A DNA stretch of 63,932 nucleotides, the filler included, from Olpidium bornovanus S191 (taxonomy: Eukaryota > Fungi > Olpidiomycota): assembly GCA_017911155.1 (NCBI GenBank). It is 31 parts of 31 records of this genome, joined end to end, with 100 filler letters (N's around TTAATTAATTAA, not from the genome) between each part and the next. Parts side by side here need not be neighbours in the genome. Positions count along the whole stretch, not along the records: positions 37,021 to 39,336 come from JAEFCI010013120.1; positions 39,437 to 41,172 come from JAEFCI010000209.1; positions 41,273 to 42,901 come from JAEFCI010005950.1; positions 43,002 to 44,188 come from JAEFCI010011657.1; positions 44,289 to 46,327 come from JAEFCI010001253.1; positions 46,428 to 48,009 come from JAEFCI010002274.1; positions 48,110 to 49,151 come from JAEFCI010007564.1; 24 more parts are not named here. One strand, 5' to 3'. The notes beneath the pieces were generated by a model. The model did no database searches. It worked only from the letters and a program-made list of their open reading frames with translations, and was not told the DNA's origin. The position numbers were made by a program, and so were the translations under genes. This document shows positions 37,991 through 48,632 of the stretch, in pieces. Numbering within the stretch: position 1 is the stretch's first letter; each line of letters opens with the position of its first letter.

Positions 37991-39166
37991 ATGGAGGTCT
38001 CGGAAGCGCTCTGGGTCATCCTCAAGTCGATATGGGACCACCAGCTCTTCCAGACGGGTCTGCTGCTCTCCTTCCCCGTCCTGCTCGGGCGCCTGCTCTC
38101 CCTCTTCCGGTCCGCATCGGGCGCCGCATCGGGTAAGGGCGCAGTCCCGGTGCCGCAGACGCGGTGGCAGAAGGCGGCGAGGTGGTCGGCGGTGGCCTTC
38201 GGCCTGCTGGAGCTGTACCGGGCCTGGGGCCTGCGGTCCACCGACGTCTTCTGCGAGGTCCGCCCGCTGGCGGACAACGCCGCCTTCAACTGGCACTTCC
38301 AACGCTACGTCGACAGGCAGGCCGCCGCCGACCCGGCCGGGTTCAAGGCGGAGGCGGCGGAGTGGGCCCGCACCCGGCAGGCCGGAGGCGACGGCGACGG
38401 CGGCGCCGGACGGGTGGTGCGGCCCGCGGTCGACCCGGAACTGGGCGCGGAGCCGGCGACGAGGGCGGCTAGGCTCCTGACCCTCAAGGAGATACTGGCC
38501 GACGGGGCCGCGCGGAAGACGTACCGCACGTTCGGCGAGGACGCGGCGCTGCGGTGCCCGTGGTGCTCCGGGCGGGACGACTACGTCGCCTTCGACCTCC
38601 CGACCCGCCTGGACTACGTGCTCGCCGCAGCGGCGGTCGGCGCGGCGACCGCCCCGCGCCGGAAGCGCCGCTGGCGCGCGCCCCTGGTCGCGGCGCTGCT
38701 CGCCGCCGCCGCCGTCGACCTCTGCGTCCTCCTCGTGGACGACGCGGACTTCCTCCTCCGGGAGCTGCCCTGCTCCACGCAGACCAAGCTCGCCTGGTTC
38801 CGCCACGGCGTCTTCGCCGCCCTCGCTTTCGCCGTCGCCGCCGCGCGCGGCCGCGACGACGTCCGCACCGACGCGGAGGTCGCCGCGGCCCTCTGCGGGC
38901 ACGGGGAGCTGCTCCACCGCCGCTCCCAGGCCTCCGCCATGCTCCGCGCCGCGGTCAAGGCCAGCGCCACCCTCAGGGCCGCCGAGAACGACCACAACTG
39001 CCGCCGCGAGGCGGAGAGGGACCTGCTTGCGGCGGACGAAGAGGTGGCGTCAGCGGCGGAGCGGGCAAAAGCGAGAGTGGACCTCGCGAAGATCACGGCC
39101 GACGTCGAGACGTACGTCGCGGAGGTCGTCCGGGTGGGGGTCGGCATCAACAAGGGCGGCGCTTGA
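37991..39166 (+). CDS. Intronless 391-aa predicted membrane protein with CPWC motif and C-terminal coiled-coil
   Basis: Complete ORF with very high GC3 and several hydrophobic segments. LKEILADGAARKTYRTFGEDAALRCPWC resembles a J-domain C-terminal helix; no HPD is present. Confidence 0.8.
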   Translation: MEVSEALWVILKSIWDHQLFQTGLLLSFPVLLGRLLSLFRSASGAASGKGAVPVPQTRWQKAARWSAVAFGLLELYRAWGLRSTDVFCEVRPLADNAAFNWHFQRYVDRQAAADPAGFKAEAAEWARTRQAGGDGDGGAGRVVRPAVDPELGAEPATRAARLLTLKEILADGAARKTYRTFGEDAALRCPWCSGRDDYVAFDLPTRLDYVLAAAAVGAATAPRRKRRWRAPLVAALLAAAAVDLCVLLVDDADFLLRELPCSTQTKLAWFRHGVFAALAFAVAAARGRDDVRTDAEVAAALCGHGELLHRRSQASAMLRAAVKASATLRAAENDHNCRREAERDLLAADEEVASAAERAKARVDLAKITADVETYVAEVVRVGVGINKGGA

Positions 39167-39959
39167 GAGGAGGGAAGGGTGGAGCTGTGAGAGAGAGAGG
39201 GAGAATGGGGAGACCGGGCGGGCGGTAAGGGGAGAGAGAAAGACGCCTCCGAACCGCTCCGTTTCCCTTTCTTGACTGCAGCTTGCGCTGGCGTGCGTAG
39301 TGGCGCCCGTGCGTCAAAAAAAAAAAATAAAAAAAANNNNNNNNNNNNNNNNNNNNNNNNNNNNNNNNNNNNNNNNNNNNTTAATTAATTAANNNNNNNN
39401 NNNNNNNNNNNNNNNNNNNNNNNNNNNNNNNNNNNNACTGGTAGTTCGCCGACAGAAAACCGCATATTGCAAAGCAAAGCCCCTCACTAAAGAAAGGGCA
39501 AACAAAAGCAAAAATAACAAGGCGAAAACCACGGCAGCAAGCAATTCAAACATGGTTATCCCCTGCAACCGGGAGCAAGGAGGGAAAACCGAGGTCAGAA
39601 GGAAAGTGGGGCAGGAGGTGGGGGGTAGTCGTTGTCATCGTGACGAGGAGGGAGACCTTCTCCGCCGCGGCATGTCGGCGGACGAGACCAGGCCCCCTCC
39701 TCGAGCACGGTACGACCATGGCGACTGCGCTGGTCCCGAGAACGCGTTATCGGAAAATCGATTCCAGCCGCCCGGCCAGCCGAACGCAGAAGGTCCCGGA
39801 CCTGCGCCGCAGGAGAGCGAAGGTTGTTTATTCTCTGGCATGAAAGCCAGGCCCGACGTTCCTGGAGAAGGAAGTCGCCAGCAAGGCTGTCCAGGCCATC
39901 CAGGCAATCGGCAATCTGACGGAGTTGGGGGGCAACTTGGTGGGAAAACCGGTGGCCAC

Positions 39960-41172
39960 TGTTGGTGGGGACAACGATGGCGTTGCGTTTTATTTTGTTG
40001 TGTTCTGTTTTATTTTTTGTGTGTGGGAAAAGGGCTTAGGCTAGAACGGGTGTAGTCGGGCTTATGGTTCGAGTGCGACACCCCCTCTTAAGGCTGACTC
40101 GGAACAGGAAAAAGGTGACAGGAGTAAGGAGAAAAGGGTGAAAGGAGATAGAGCGCGTGTGCGCGATTGCGGGAGTAAGATATACGTAAACGAAAGGCGA
40201 TGGTTTGTTAGAAAAGAAAAGGGAAGAAAAAACGGTGCGGATCGCGTCTTGCTGGTTCCCAACTCGGCGACGACGGAGAGCGCGTGTAGGCTGTGGACTG
40301 TTGATCTCCGTCGGGGCTGTGCGGGTTTGGGTGTTGATGTTGGGATTTGGCCGTCGACGTCGGGAACGCTGTGTTGGTGTTGGACGTTTGGCCGTCGACG
40401 CCGGGAACGCTGCGCTTACGCAGGCCGGCGGACGACGCCGAGAGCTGCTCTGTGCCGCTCGAAGTCTGGGCGTTTGGAGTCCTTTGGTAAAAATGTCAGC
40501 TATGTTATGGCGGGAGGTGATTGACAGCGGGGTGAGTTTGAACTGTGTTTCGGCTTCGCCAACGTAGAGATTACGTATGTCGATGTGTTTGGATTGTTTG
40601 TTCATCCTGCGCGTGTCGCGACTGATTTCAATTGCGCAGTGATTATCCATGAGGAGGGGAATGGGTGCAGTGGTGCCGAGGATTTCCTCGCTGATTTGGC
40701 AGATCCAGGCGATGTCGCGGGCGGCATCGGACGCGGCAATAATTTCCGCTTATGTTGAACTGCGGGCGATACACGACTGTTTGCTTGAGCGCCAGTTGAT
40801 AGTTGTAACACCGCGCCAAATTGCAGGACGTATCCGCTGATTGACATGTGGTCCGCAGATGTCGCTGTCTGTGTAGTCGACGAGGTACGGGCACAGGGCG
40901 GGTGCGTTGGGTTGCTGGCGGGGGTAGAGCAGGCCGAAGTCGGTGGTTCCCCGGAGGTAACGCAAGACTCGTTTGAGCGCTGCCCAGTGCTCCGCTGCGG
41001 GGTTGTGGTTGAATCTGCTGAGGAAGTTGAAATGTCGGGTCGGGTTCTGATGCTGAGGTGGTTGAGGCTGCCCGTGAGTTCTTGGTACCGCGCGCGTTCG
41101 GCGGCTGTGGCGGTGTCGTCGCGCGGCATCAACGTTGGGATTGCTGACGGGTCCAGCGGCAACTGGTCGGGG
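39960..41172 (-). mobile_element. Decayed Ty1/copia retrotransposon, 3' part (end of RT, RNase H, PPT, start of 3' LTR)
   Basis: YQELTGSLNHLSIRTRPDI, HWAALKRVLRYLRGT, YTDSD, INWRSSKQSCIARSST, DNHCAIEIS, SKHIDIR, NIADIFTKGL, split by frameshifts. PPT TAAGAGGGGG (40090-40081) abuts TGTCGCAC at 40080, with AATAAA further on. LTR end unresolved. Confidence 0.92.
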
Positions 41173-41415
41173 NNNNNNNNNNNNNNNNNNNNNNNNNNNN
41201 NNNNNNNNNNNNNNNNTTAATTAATTAANNNNNNNNNNNNNNNNNNNNNNNNNNNNNNNNNNNNNNNNNNNNAAAAAAAAAAAAAAAAAAAACCCCTCCG
41301 ATTTCCCGCAACCGGATCCCCGCAACCCGCATTCCGCATTCCTTCCCCCTCTCCCTCCCCCCCCCGCAACCCGTTCCCCGCAACCCGTTCCCCGCAGCCT
41401 GCCGGCTGGTCGGAC

Positions 41416-42901
41416 ATGGCGTTGGCAATGCAGCAGCTGCAGGTGCGGGGGGACGATGGTTGCGGGCGGTTCTTCGGTGGGCCGCGCCCCCCGGCCGCCG
41501 CTGAGAACATTGAGTATTCCCACGCGGCTCACGGGGACGGCGTCGCTTTGCCTCTGCGTCCCCTTCCAACCCGTCCCCCCCCGGCTCCCCCGGCCCGGCC
41601 CGGGCCGTCGTAGAATCCGCGCCAGCGCGGCAACCATGCAATCAACGTCCGCCAGGCGAAAGAGGACGCCCGCCGCGAGATCGTGAAGCAGACCGAGTAC
41701 TATGCCGCAACGAAGCAACGGGTGAGTCTGGTGGTTACGTGATTGGGAAAGAGCGGGGTCCCGGGCAGAGGGGGAGGGGAAAGCGCAAGCCTTGAAGGCG
41801 CTGTTTCGGAGCAGGTGAGCTAGGGCACGGGGCGGACGCCGCTGCATCGACCTCCCGATCCTGACCTTATTCTCCTCCTCGCTTCCTCCGGCCCTCCCCC
41901 CCCCCCGCCTCCTCCTCGCACTTCCTCCCCACCTCCCGACTTCGCTTTTTTTCGCCGACTAGTCCGAATTCGAGGAGCACACCACCGCGCAAACCGTGCG
42001 GAACGCCGTCAGGGCGAGGTTCTTGGAACTCCGAGAAGCCCACGATCAGACCATAGAAGACCGGCGGTCGCAGCTGGTCGAACTGCTATCCAAGGACTTC
42101 GCGACATGGCGTGAACAGCTGCTGGCGAACGAGGAGACGAAGGAGGAAAGGCTGGAGCACATGCGGAAGCGAGCGACCGAGCTGAAGGCCCGCAGGGAGG
42201 CAGAGCGGAAGAGGATCGTGGAGGAGAAGATGTACCAGCGATGGAGGTCGGGGTGCGACGAGATCCGAGCGGTCGAGAGCAAAGCGTTGGAGAGGGAGGT
42301 GGCCATTGGCCGGCTGGATCAAATGCGGGAGAAGCAGAAGTCCTTCATCGCCGCGGAAGAAGGTAAAAAAAAACGTTGATCGGAGAGCAACGTGCGTCGC
42401 TTCGTTCTTCCGGGCACAATGGTTGAAACTCGGGTGTCGTCTGCGCGGGCGATGCAGAGAACCGGAAATGGGACGAAGCATGGGAGGCGGAGCGCCAGCG
42501 GAAGGTGAAGCGAGAGGAGTTCGAGCGCACGCAGCGCATCGCCGTGAACGCCGCCACGACGGCCGCGCTTGACGAGCAGCTGCGGCTTCTCCGAGAACAA
42601 GCGGAGAATGAGGAGCGGCTGAAGAAGGACGAAGCGAAGCTGATGGTACGAGGCAGGGGCGGCCGAGCGGTCCGTTACCCCGCGTCCCGGGCGAGACGGT
42701 CGTCGTTTTGACTTCCCTTGTGCGTTCCCCTCCCCACCCCACACCTCGTCGGCCACCGCCCTCGCCGCCAGCGGGAGGAGATGGAGCTCCGCCGGCTCGA
42801 AGAAGAGCGCGCTCGACTTCGCCGCCTGCAGGAGCAGCGGCAGACGCGGCAGGAGCTGGACCATTTCAACAAAATCCGCATTCAGCAGCGGGCCAAGGAG
42901 G
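41416..42901 (+). CDS. CFAP53: Cilia- and flagella-associated protein 53 (CCDC11); multi-exon, 3' truncated
   Basis: IEDRRSQLVELL...EETKEERLEHMRKRATELKARREAERKRIVEEKMYQRWRSGCDEIR and AWEAERQRKVKRE parallel CFAP53 (IEERRNKLRELL, ETIEEKKDRMREK, KLDQQFRERCEELR, LWEEDRLAKEKRE). Confidence 0.87.
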
Positions 42902-43631
42902 NNNNNNNNNNNNNNNNNNNNNNNNNNNNNNNNNNNNNNNNNNNNTTAATTAATTAANNNNNNNNNNNNNNNNNNNNNNNNNNNNNNNNNNNNNNNNNNN
43001 NCGGCGTCCTTCGACGGTCGCTCCGCAGGAATTGGCAACGGACCAGAACGTAATGGCCATTTTCAACGGAGACATCGAGGACAAGGAGACCGCTCTGTTG
43101 GACCTTGTGAAGTCGCGCATGTGGAGCCCTTAGAAAGGAAGTCGCGAAACCTTTCTTTTGCACCGGACTTTTTCCGCTCACCCTGACCTGATCCATAAAT
43201 AGAGCTTCCGCCCGAATTGTCCGGGCGGAGAGAACGGTTGCTGGGACACCACCAACCAACCAAAAGACGACGATTCGATGTCGCAAACGTAATCGTGAGA
43301 TGAGCGCAGACAGTCCTGGCGGATAAAAAGCGGTCTGCGTGTGTGGCTTTGTTTCGCCTGACTCGTCAAAGAACTCCGGGTTATATCCCGCTTTGCGCCC
43401 TCCGAATTCTGCGGGCGGGGAGAGAGAGGGGAGAGGGCAAGTTCCGACCTGGGGCCGCGGCTGCCGGACACAAAGCGGCGCCCGGCGCGTTCCAGGGAAG
43501 GAATATTTTTTCGAGTGGGTTTTGGTTTTTGGCAGGAAAGGTGGGAAAAGCGGGGGGGCCGGCCCATTTAAAAGGGATAGGGCCAAACACGGGCCCGGTG
43601 CGCGCGCCCCCCCACGCCTCTTCCGTGAATC

Positions 43632-43878
43632 TGTTGGAAACAAAGGGGGCCGGACGTAGCCGGTGGCGCAGGGTCCTGGGGAATCATCCCTCCTTTCTTC
43701 CCCTGTAAATCCCGCACGCCGACGCCATACAAAACAAACCAAAAGCTTGTAGAAACTCTACAGCGTTCCGAACCGCGCGGTGCAGTCTCCGCCGCCCGTC
43801 GTCTCCGCCCTCCATCCTTGGTCCCCTCCATTGTGCACCCGTCTTCCCTTGTCTACTTTGGTTCACGTCCGTCGTTAA
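43632..43878 (+). mobile_element. Putative solo LTR (family shared with 37060-37278)
   Basis: Starts TGTTGG and is homologous to 37060-37278. Flanked by GAATC (43627-43631) and AAATC (43879-43883), a 5-bp TSD candidate with one mismatch. Confidence 0.55.
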
Positions 43879-44076
43879 AAATCCCCCCCCCCCTCTCTCT
43901 CTCCATGTTTTCCTCTGCAGGAGGAGGCAGGGGCGAACGTGTGTGTGTGTCTTTTTTTGTTGCGGACGGAGGTTTACCTCCGTCGGAGTGAATTTTGGTT
44001 ATTTATTCGGGGGAGGGTTTTCTGTCTCTAGACAGGAGAGAGCGTCCGGGACCTGTTTCGCAGCTTTTTCTTTTTT

Positions 44077-44120
<44 letters not shown>

Positions 44121-44425
44121 GTTCTTCTCCGAAGGGCGATTACTCCAACACCTTCTTCTTCTACTGCTTCTACCGGGCGAAAATGCTCNNNNNNNNNNNN
44201 NNNNNNNNNNNNNNNNNNNNNNNNNNNNNNNNTTAATTAATTAANNNNNNNNNNNNNNNNNNNNNNNNNNNNNNNNNNNNNNNNNNNNAAAAAAAAAAAA
44301 ACGCGCTGAAAGCGTGCCGACGGAGGGCTTTATTTTCTGTGACGGCCGGTCGGCGCGAACAACCAAGCGCCGCCGCCCAGTCCTCCCCTGTCCGACGGCG
44401 ACCACGGGGTGTTGTTCCTGTTTGC

Positions 44426-44460
<35 letters not shown>

Positions 44461-44517
44461 GCGGGCGCGGGCCGCGGGGGTTTTTGTTTTCGAAACTGGC
44501 CCCCCCTGGGGGGTTTT

Positions 44518-44564
<47 letters not shown>

Positions 44565-45359
44565 TTTGGTTCCCGCCCCACAGCGGAAGGACTTGGAGCG
44601 GGTAAATTTCCTTGCCCGGTTGCAGGCCATTTTATTCGTCACACCTGGGCGTGGCTGTGCACAAGTAGACGACGAGGCAATCTCTGCCATTACCTCTGCC
44701 AGCACGGGTTCCGGCAGTGCGACTTCCGCCGTCTCGACCTCCGCCGGCATCAACCTCTGCCGCCACAACGGCCACCACTACAGCGGAGCCATCTCCTATC
44801 AGGCAGTTGTCCCGCCGGGCCAGCGTTGGGACGCTTGTTGATTGCGATGTCAGGCCCCGTGAGACCAGCGTAACGATCTCTGGAGGTTTCGGGGCGCACG
44901 ACGTATCTCTGCGCTTGGAGCGGGTCTCGCTTCGATGCGAGAAGTTTTGCGGGCTTCCGCTCCTCAGGCGGTCTGGCTTGTGGGTTGGGAACATTGTTTG
45001 TAAAAATGGGGGCCAATGAGCTGCGCTGTCTGCGCGTGGCAAGTCCGGGAAATTGGGAGCTGTCGTGCTCCGAGGTCCGTGCAAGATTGTATTCCTGGGT
45101 CTTTCTTTCGGAGACCCGCAAGGATCCTTTTTTCGACTTGGGAGGTTGGGAAGCAAGATTTCGACCACGTTGCTTTGTTCGGACGGCGTATAGGTGTCTG
45201 GTCCTTTCGAGTGGGAGGGGTATGTCAAATCTCCCGGCGCGGTGAGATCCAGGCATACGGTCCGGAGGGATGTCGACCTCTTTGAGTCTGTCGTGGAGGA
45301 GGTGTGGAAGTTGTGTGAGCTTCCGATTGACGGCAAAGTCGTCACAACGAAACAAACTA

Positions 45360-45535
45360 CAGTCGTCCCTCTCATACTTTATAGTCCCCGTTCGGGGTGA
45401 AATGTATAAGGTATCAGAAGTTATAAAGTAGTGGATTATAGGGCTCGGCCATAGAACGATGTCGGTGGAAGCCGAAACGTATAAAGTAGCAGAGGTTATT
45501 AAGTATTGGGATATAAAGTATGAGAGGGACGACTG
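45360..45535. mobile_element. Tc1/mariner-type MITE, 176 bp
   Basis: Perfect 24-bp TIR CAGTCGTCCCTCTCATACTTTATA (45360-45383 and 45512-45535), flanked on both sides by TA. Internal TATAAAGTA/TATAAGGTA motifs; no transposase. Confidence 0.9.
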
Positions 45536-45734
45536 TACAATTTGAACACTCCAAAACATACCAAACGAAATACCATAAACATCCAAGGAAAACACAACAA
45601 AGCCCAAAATAACAACTCGCAAACAAAACAGAAAAACAACAACACCTTAAAACCAAAACAACGCTCTATAAAACCCTAAAAAAACGCCTTAAAACCAAAA
45701 ACGGCCCCTTAAACTAAATCAACAAAACCAAAAA

Positions 45735-45881
45735 AACCATTTGCCAGACCCTCTTGACATCCAAATTGCGCTATTTAAGAGATGTATGTGCCTCGACAAC
45801 CCCTTAAACAAAATCAACCAAACCATTTGCCAAACCCTTCTGACATCCAAATTGCGCTAACTAAGAGATGTGTGTGGCTCG
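45735..45881. repeat. ~61-bp imperfect direct repeat with 86-bp period in an AC-rich tract
   Basis: AACCATTTGCCA.ACCCT.TGACATCCAAATTGCGCTA..TAAGAGATGT.TGTG.CTCG at 45735 and 45821. Confidence 0.85.
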
Positions 45882-46427
45882 CAATTCCGACCAAGAAAAT
45901 AAAAAGAAAAACTCAACTTTAGCAAGCCCCCCGCCTCGCACGAAAGGTTCCAATGGGCCGGCCGGCGGCGGTAAAAAAAAACGAGTGGTGGTGCGGACGG
46001 AAGTGGGACTGTGATTCGGCTTTTGCGACGGTTTGCTCGGGACCGCGGTCCCCAAGCGACCCGGAGGGGAGGAGGGGTGGGGGGGGAGGGGGGGGGGCGG
46101 GGGACAAACAATTGTCTGCTTCGTCTTCGGGCGCGTTTACCATCCGCGACCGCGTGTCCCAAAAGGTCTGCAAAGGACGCGGAGCAAAAGCAGCGAGTTG
46201 TTTTTTCATGTACAAACTGCACTGCTGGCTGGAACACACCCGCTTTGCGCGCTCTAGCCTGAGGAAATCCCGCTGAAAACGTTCGCGGGGCAATTTTCGC
46301 CCGGCAATTAGCGCGCTTCTCCGATCCNNNNNNNNNNNNNNNNNNNNNNNNNNNNNNNNNNNNNNNNNNNNTTAATTAATTAANNNNNNNNNNNNNNNNN
46401 NNNNNNNNNNNNNNNNNNNNNNNNNNN

Positions 46428-46822
46428 CATGACTGACGGATTTGATCTTTAAACAACGGGGAATGTCTCCACCAAGGCATACCCAACAATCAACCTCTGC
46501 CACCAAGACAGGCTGACGGGAAACCGTTAAGTCGCCAATGCCCAAGATTTCCCTTTTCTTCTTTGTCTTTGTTTTGCGATTATAAGTTTCCATTCCGCTC
46601 TTGCCTCCGTCATCACTTTCCTTTTTTTCCTTTTTCCTTTTACACTTTCCTTCTTCCCCTTGTTAGCTCAAGAGAGGTGTCAGATGTTGAAATTCCTTTC
46701 TTCCATAATTCATATTCAATTCGTTTACGGCATTAGGTAGAAAACTCGTCGTCACCTCCAAAATGATATTCCTCGACCGTCTAAAAAAGCAACTGAAAGA
46801 GCCAACATGAAAAATAACAGCC
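46428..46822 (-). repeat. Unclassified dispersed repeat, copy 1 (homologous to 62335-62787)
   Basis: Its reverse complement aligns by eye with 62335-62787 through collinear blocks such as CTTGAGCT..GAAAGTGTAAAAG and GAGCGGAATGGAAA. Confidence 0.75.
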
Positions 46823-47655
46823 CGCATTAATTTTCTACCTCCGAGAATCGATAGGCTGGTGGCGGCCCCGAGGGGTATCAAATTAGGCACGTTCTGCTGT
46901 ATACTATCTTTGTCCCGCTTTGCGCGTGTCCTATCCCCCGAGGCAGTTCGCGTAGTGGCGACCGAGCCGGACGGAAAATTTCAACGCATCGGGTGGCCAA
47001 AACACAACACGGTGCTTTTTGGGATGCCGGCTGCTGGGTTTTTTTTCCTCCTGGCCGCTTCAAAGTTTTGTTCATTTTCGCCGCGACGCCGTTTTGCCGT
47101 AATTCGGTTTGTCATGGCTTGTTCTCCGCGTCCCCGGTCGAATCCGCAGCGCGGATGCGGTTGGCCGCGGCTGGAGGAGGTGAGGGGGGAAGGTCACCAG
47201 GGAGAACTTGTTCCCCCTGTTGTCGTTTGCGAACCAGCCTCGCCAACCCCTCCGGCCCGGAGCCGGTGGACGTGAGCGACTGTCTCTCCCGTAACGGAGA
47301 CGCCGCTTGCAGGCGGGCATGCACCTCCTCCGTCACGAACATGGTGTCGGCGAGAGGCGATTTTGCGTTGCCGGGTTTGTTCTAGATTGTGTGTGAGATG
47401 GGGCCCAGCTCAGCCGACGGGGCGATGTTCTGTGACCTCTGACAGCAATTGATCACGCGATTCTCCGAGCGCACATTGAGAAAAAGGTGCCCGTGGAATC
47501 ATTTTTGAACAGTCCCCCTATGTGTGAGTTATATTTTGTTTTTTTTTTTTTTTTGTCCCCGTTGTTGTCTCCTGACGATGAAATGATGAGCACGAAAAAT
47601 AATTACGGGCAGAATGACCGAAAAAAAAAAAAATAACATTCGGTGCCGTTTTCGA

Positions 47656-47940
47656 TCAGGGCTCAAAGTTCGGGTCGCTTTCGTCGCTGAGCTCAATGTA
47701 CACGGGCTTTTTGGTTGCTGCCGCACGCGAAGATCGCGAGCGGGCTGCAGGGAGCGGCGAAGCGGCTTCCTCGTCGTCGCCGTCGTCAAGGTCGCCGGCC
47801 CCGTCAAAATCAGAGTCGCTCCCGTCCGCCTTGCTACTCCGCTTCCGGCGTTCGCCGGCAGGCATCTCGTTTTGCCGCTGCTGCTTCAACTGCAGCTTGC
47901 CCATCTTGGCCGATAAAGATTCCGTTTCCTCGCCCTTTGC
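47656..47940 (-). CDS. Terminal exon of an acidic/basic nuclear protein (resembles a topoisomerase II C-terminal tail)
   Basis: CGTAG acceptor, then AKGEETESLSAKMGKL...DSDSDFDGAGDLDDGDDEE...RSSRAAATKKPVYIELSDESDPNFEP*. Identity not secure. Confidence 0.5.
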   Translation of the reverse strand, partial: AKGEETESLSAKMGKLQLKQQRQNEMPAGERRKRSSKADGSDSDFDGAGDLDDGDDEEAASPLPAARSRSSRAAATKKPVYIELSDESDPNFEP

Positions 47941-48109
47941 CTACGTTGATAATTGGCAGAAGCGGAGGTCAGAATCGTTGGCCGAGTTAGCGATAGCACG
48001 GAACTCATGNNNNNNNNNNNNNNNNNNNNNNNNNNNNNNNNNNNNNNNNNNNNTTAATTAATTAANNNNNNNNNNNNNNNNNNNNNNNNNNNNNNNNNNN
48101 NNNNNNNNN

Positions 48110-48522
48110 ACCACCCCTCCATGCTGGACGCCGTCCGCTCCGCCGCGACCGCCGCCAAGGTCGTCCAGATGACCGAGCGCCGGGATGAGGGCGGCGGCGG
48201 CGCCGCCGCGTACGCCGCCCTGACCCTCGCCGAGCTCGTGTACCTCGCCACCCTGGGCGGCGCGCGCGTCCTGGGCCTTCCGGTGGGCAATTTCGAGCCG
48301 GGCATGGAATTCGACGCCCTCCTCGTCGACCTCGCCGCGCCCGCCGGGCCCGTCGACACCTTCCCCGAGGAGGACACCCTCGAGGAGATGCTCGAGAAAT
48401 TTCTGTTCCTCGGCGACGACCGCAACATCCGCCGCGTGTGGGTCCGCGGAAACGTCGTCAAGGACAGCGCCGGGGACGTCCGGCTCTCCGCCGCGGCCGC
48501 CGCCGGCCCGGTCGTCCGGTGA
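48110..48522 (+). CDS. GUD1: Guanine deaminase, 3' part
   Basis: PSMLDAVRSA...ELVYLATLGGARVLGL..GNFEPGMEFDALLVD...EKFLFLGDDRNIRRVWVRG is the guanine deaminase C-terminal signature. Confidence 0.93.
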
Positions 48523-48632
48523 CCGCGGGGCCGCGCGTTGCGAAAACGTCTGGACGGCCCTCCGCCGCCCCCGCCGCCGCCGGCCCGGTCATCTGGTCAC
48601 CGCGAGGCCGCGCGTTGCGGAAAAGGTTTGGA
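48497..48632. repeat. ~58-bp tandem duplication spanning the guanine deaminase stop codon
   Basis: Copies at 48497-48554 and 48574-48632; the TGA of copy 1 is TCA in copy 2. Confidence 0.8.

Noticed and set aside
22256-42901. ARMC2 and CFAP53 as a flagellar gene cluster
   Set aside because: Different contigs; no linkage information.
43002-43133. Peptide ELATDQNVMAIFNGDIEDKETALLDLVKSRMWSP* as a named gene end
   Set aside because: It looks like a terminal exon but is too short to assign.
44750-45622. 290-aa minus-strand ORF as a real gene
   Set aside because: Its first third reads through the AT-rich MITE and flanking low-complexity DNA, and no domain is recognisable. A disrupted gene at 44640-45350 cannot be excluded.
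45670-45690. AACCCTAA as a telomeric repeat
   Set aside because: Single occurrence, not tandem.
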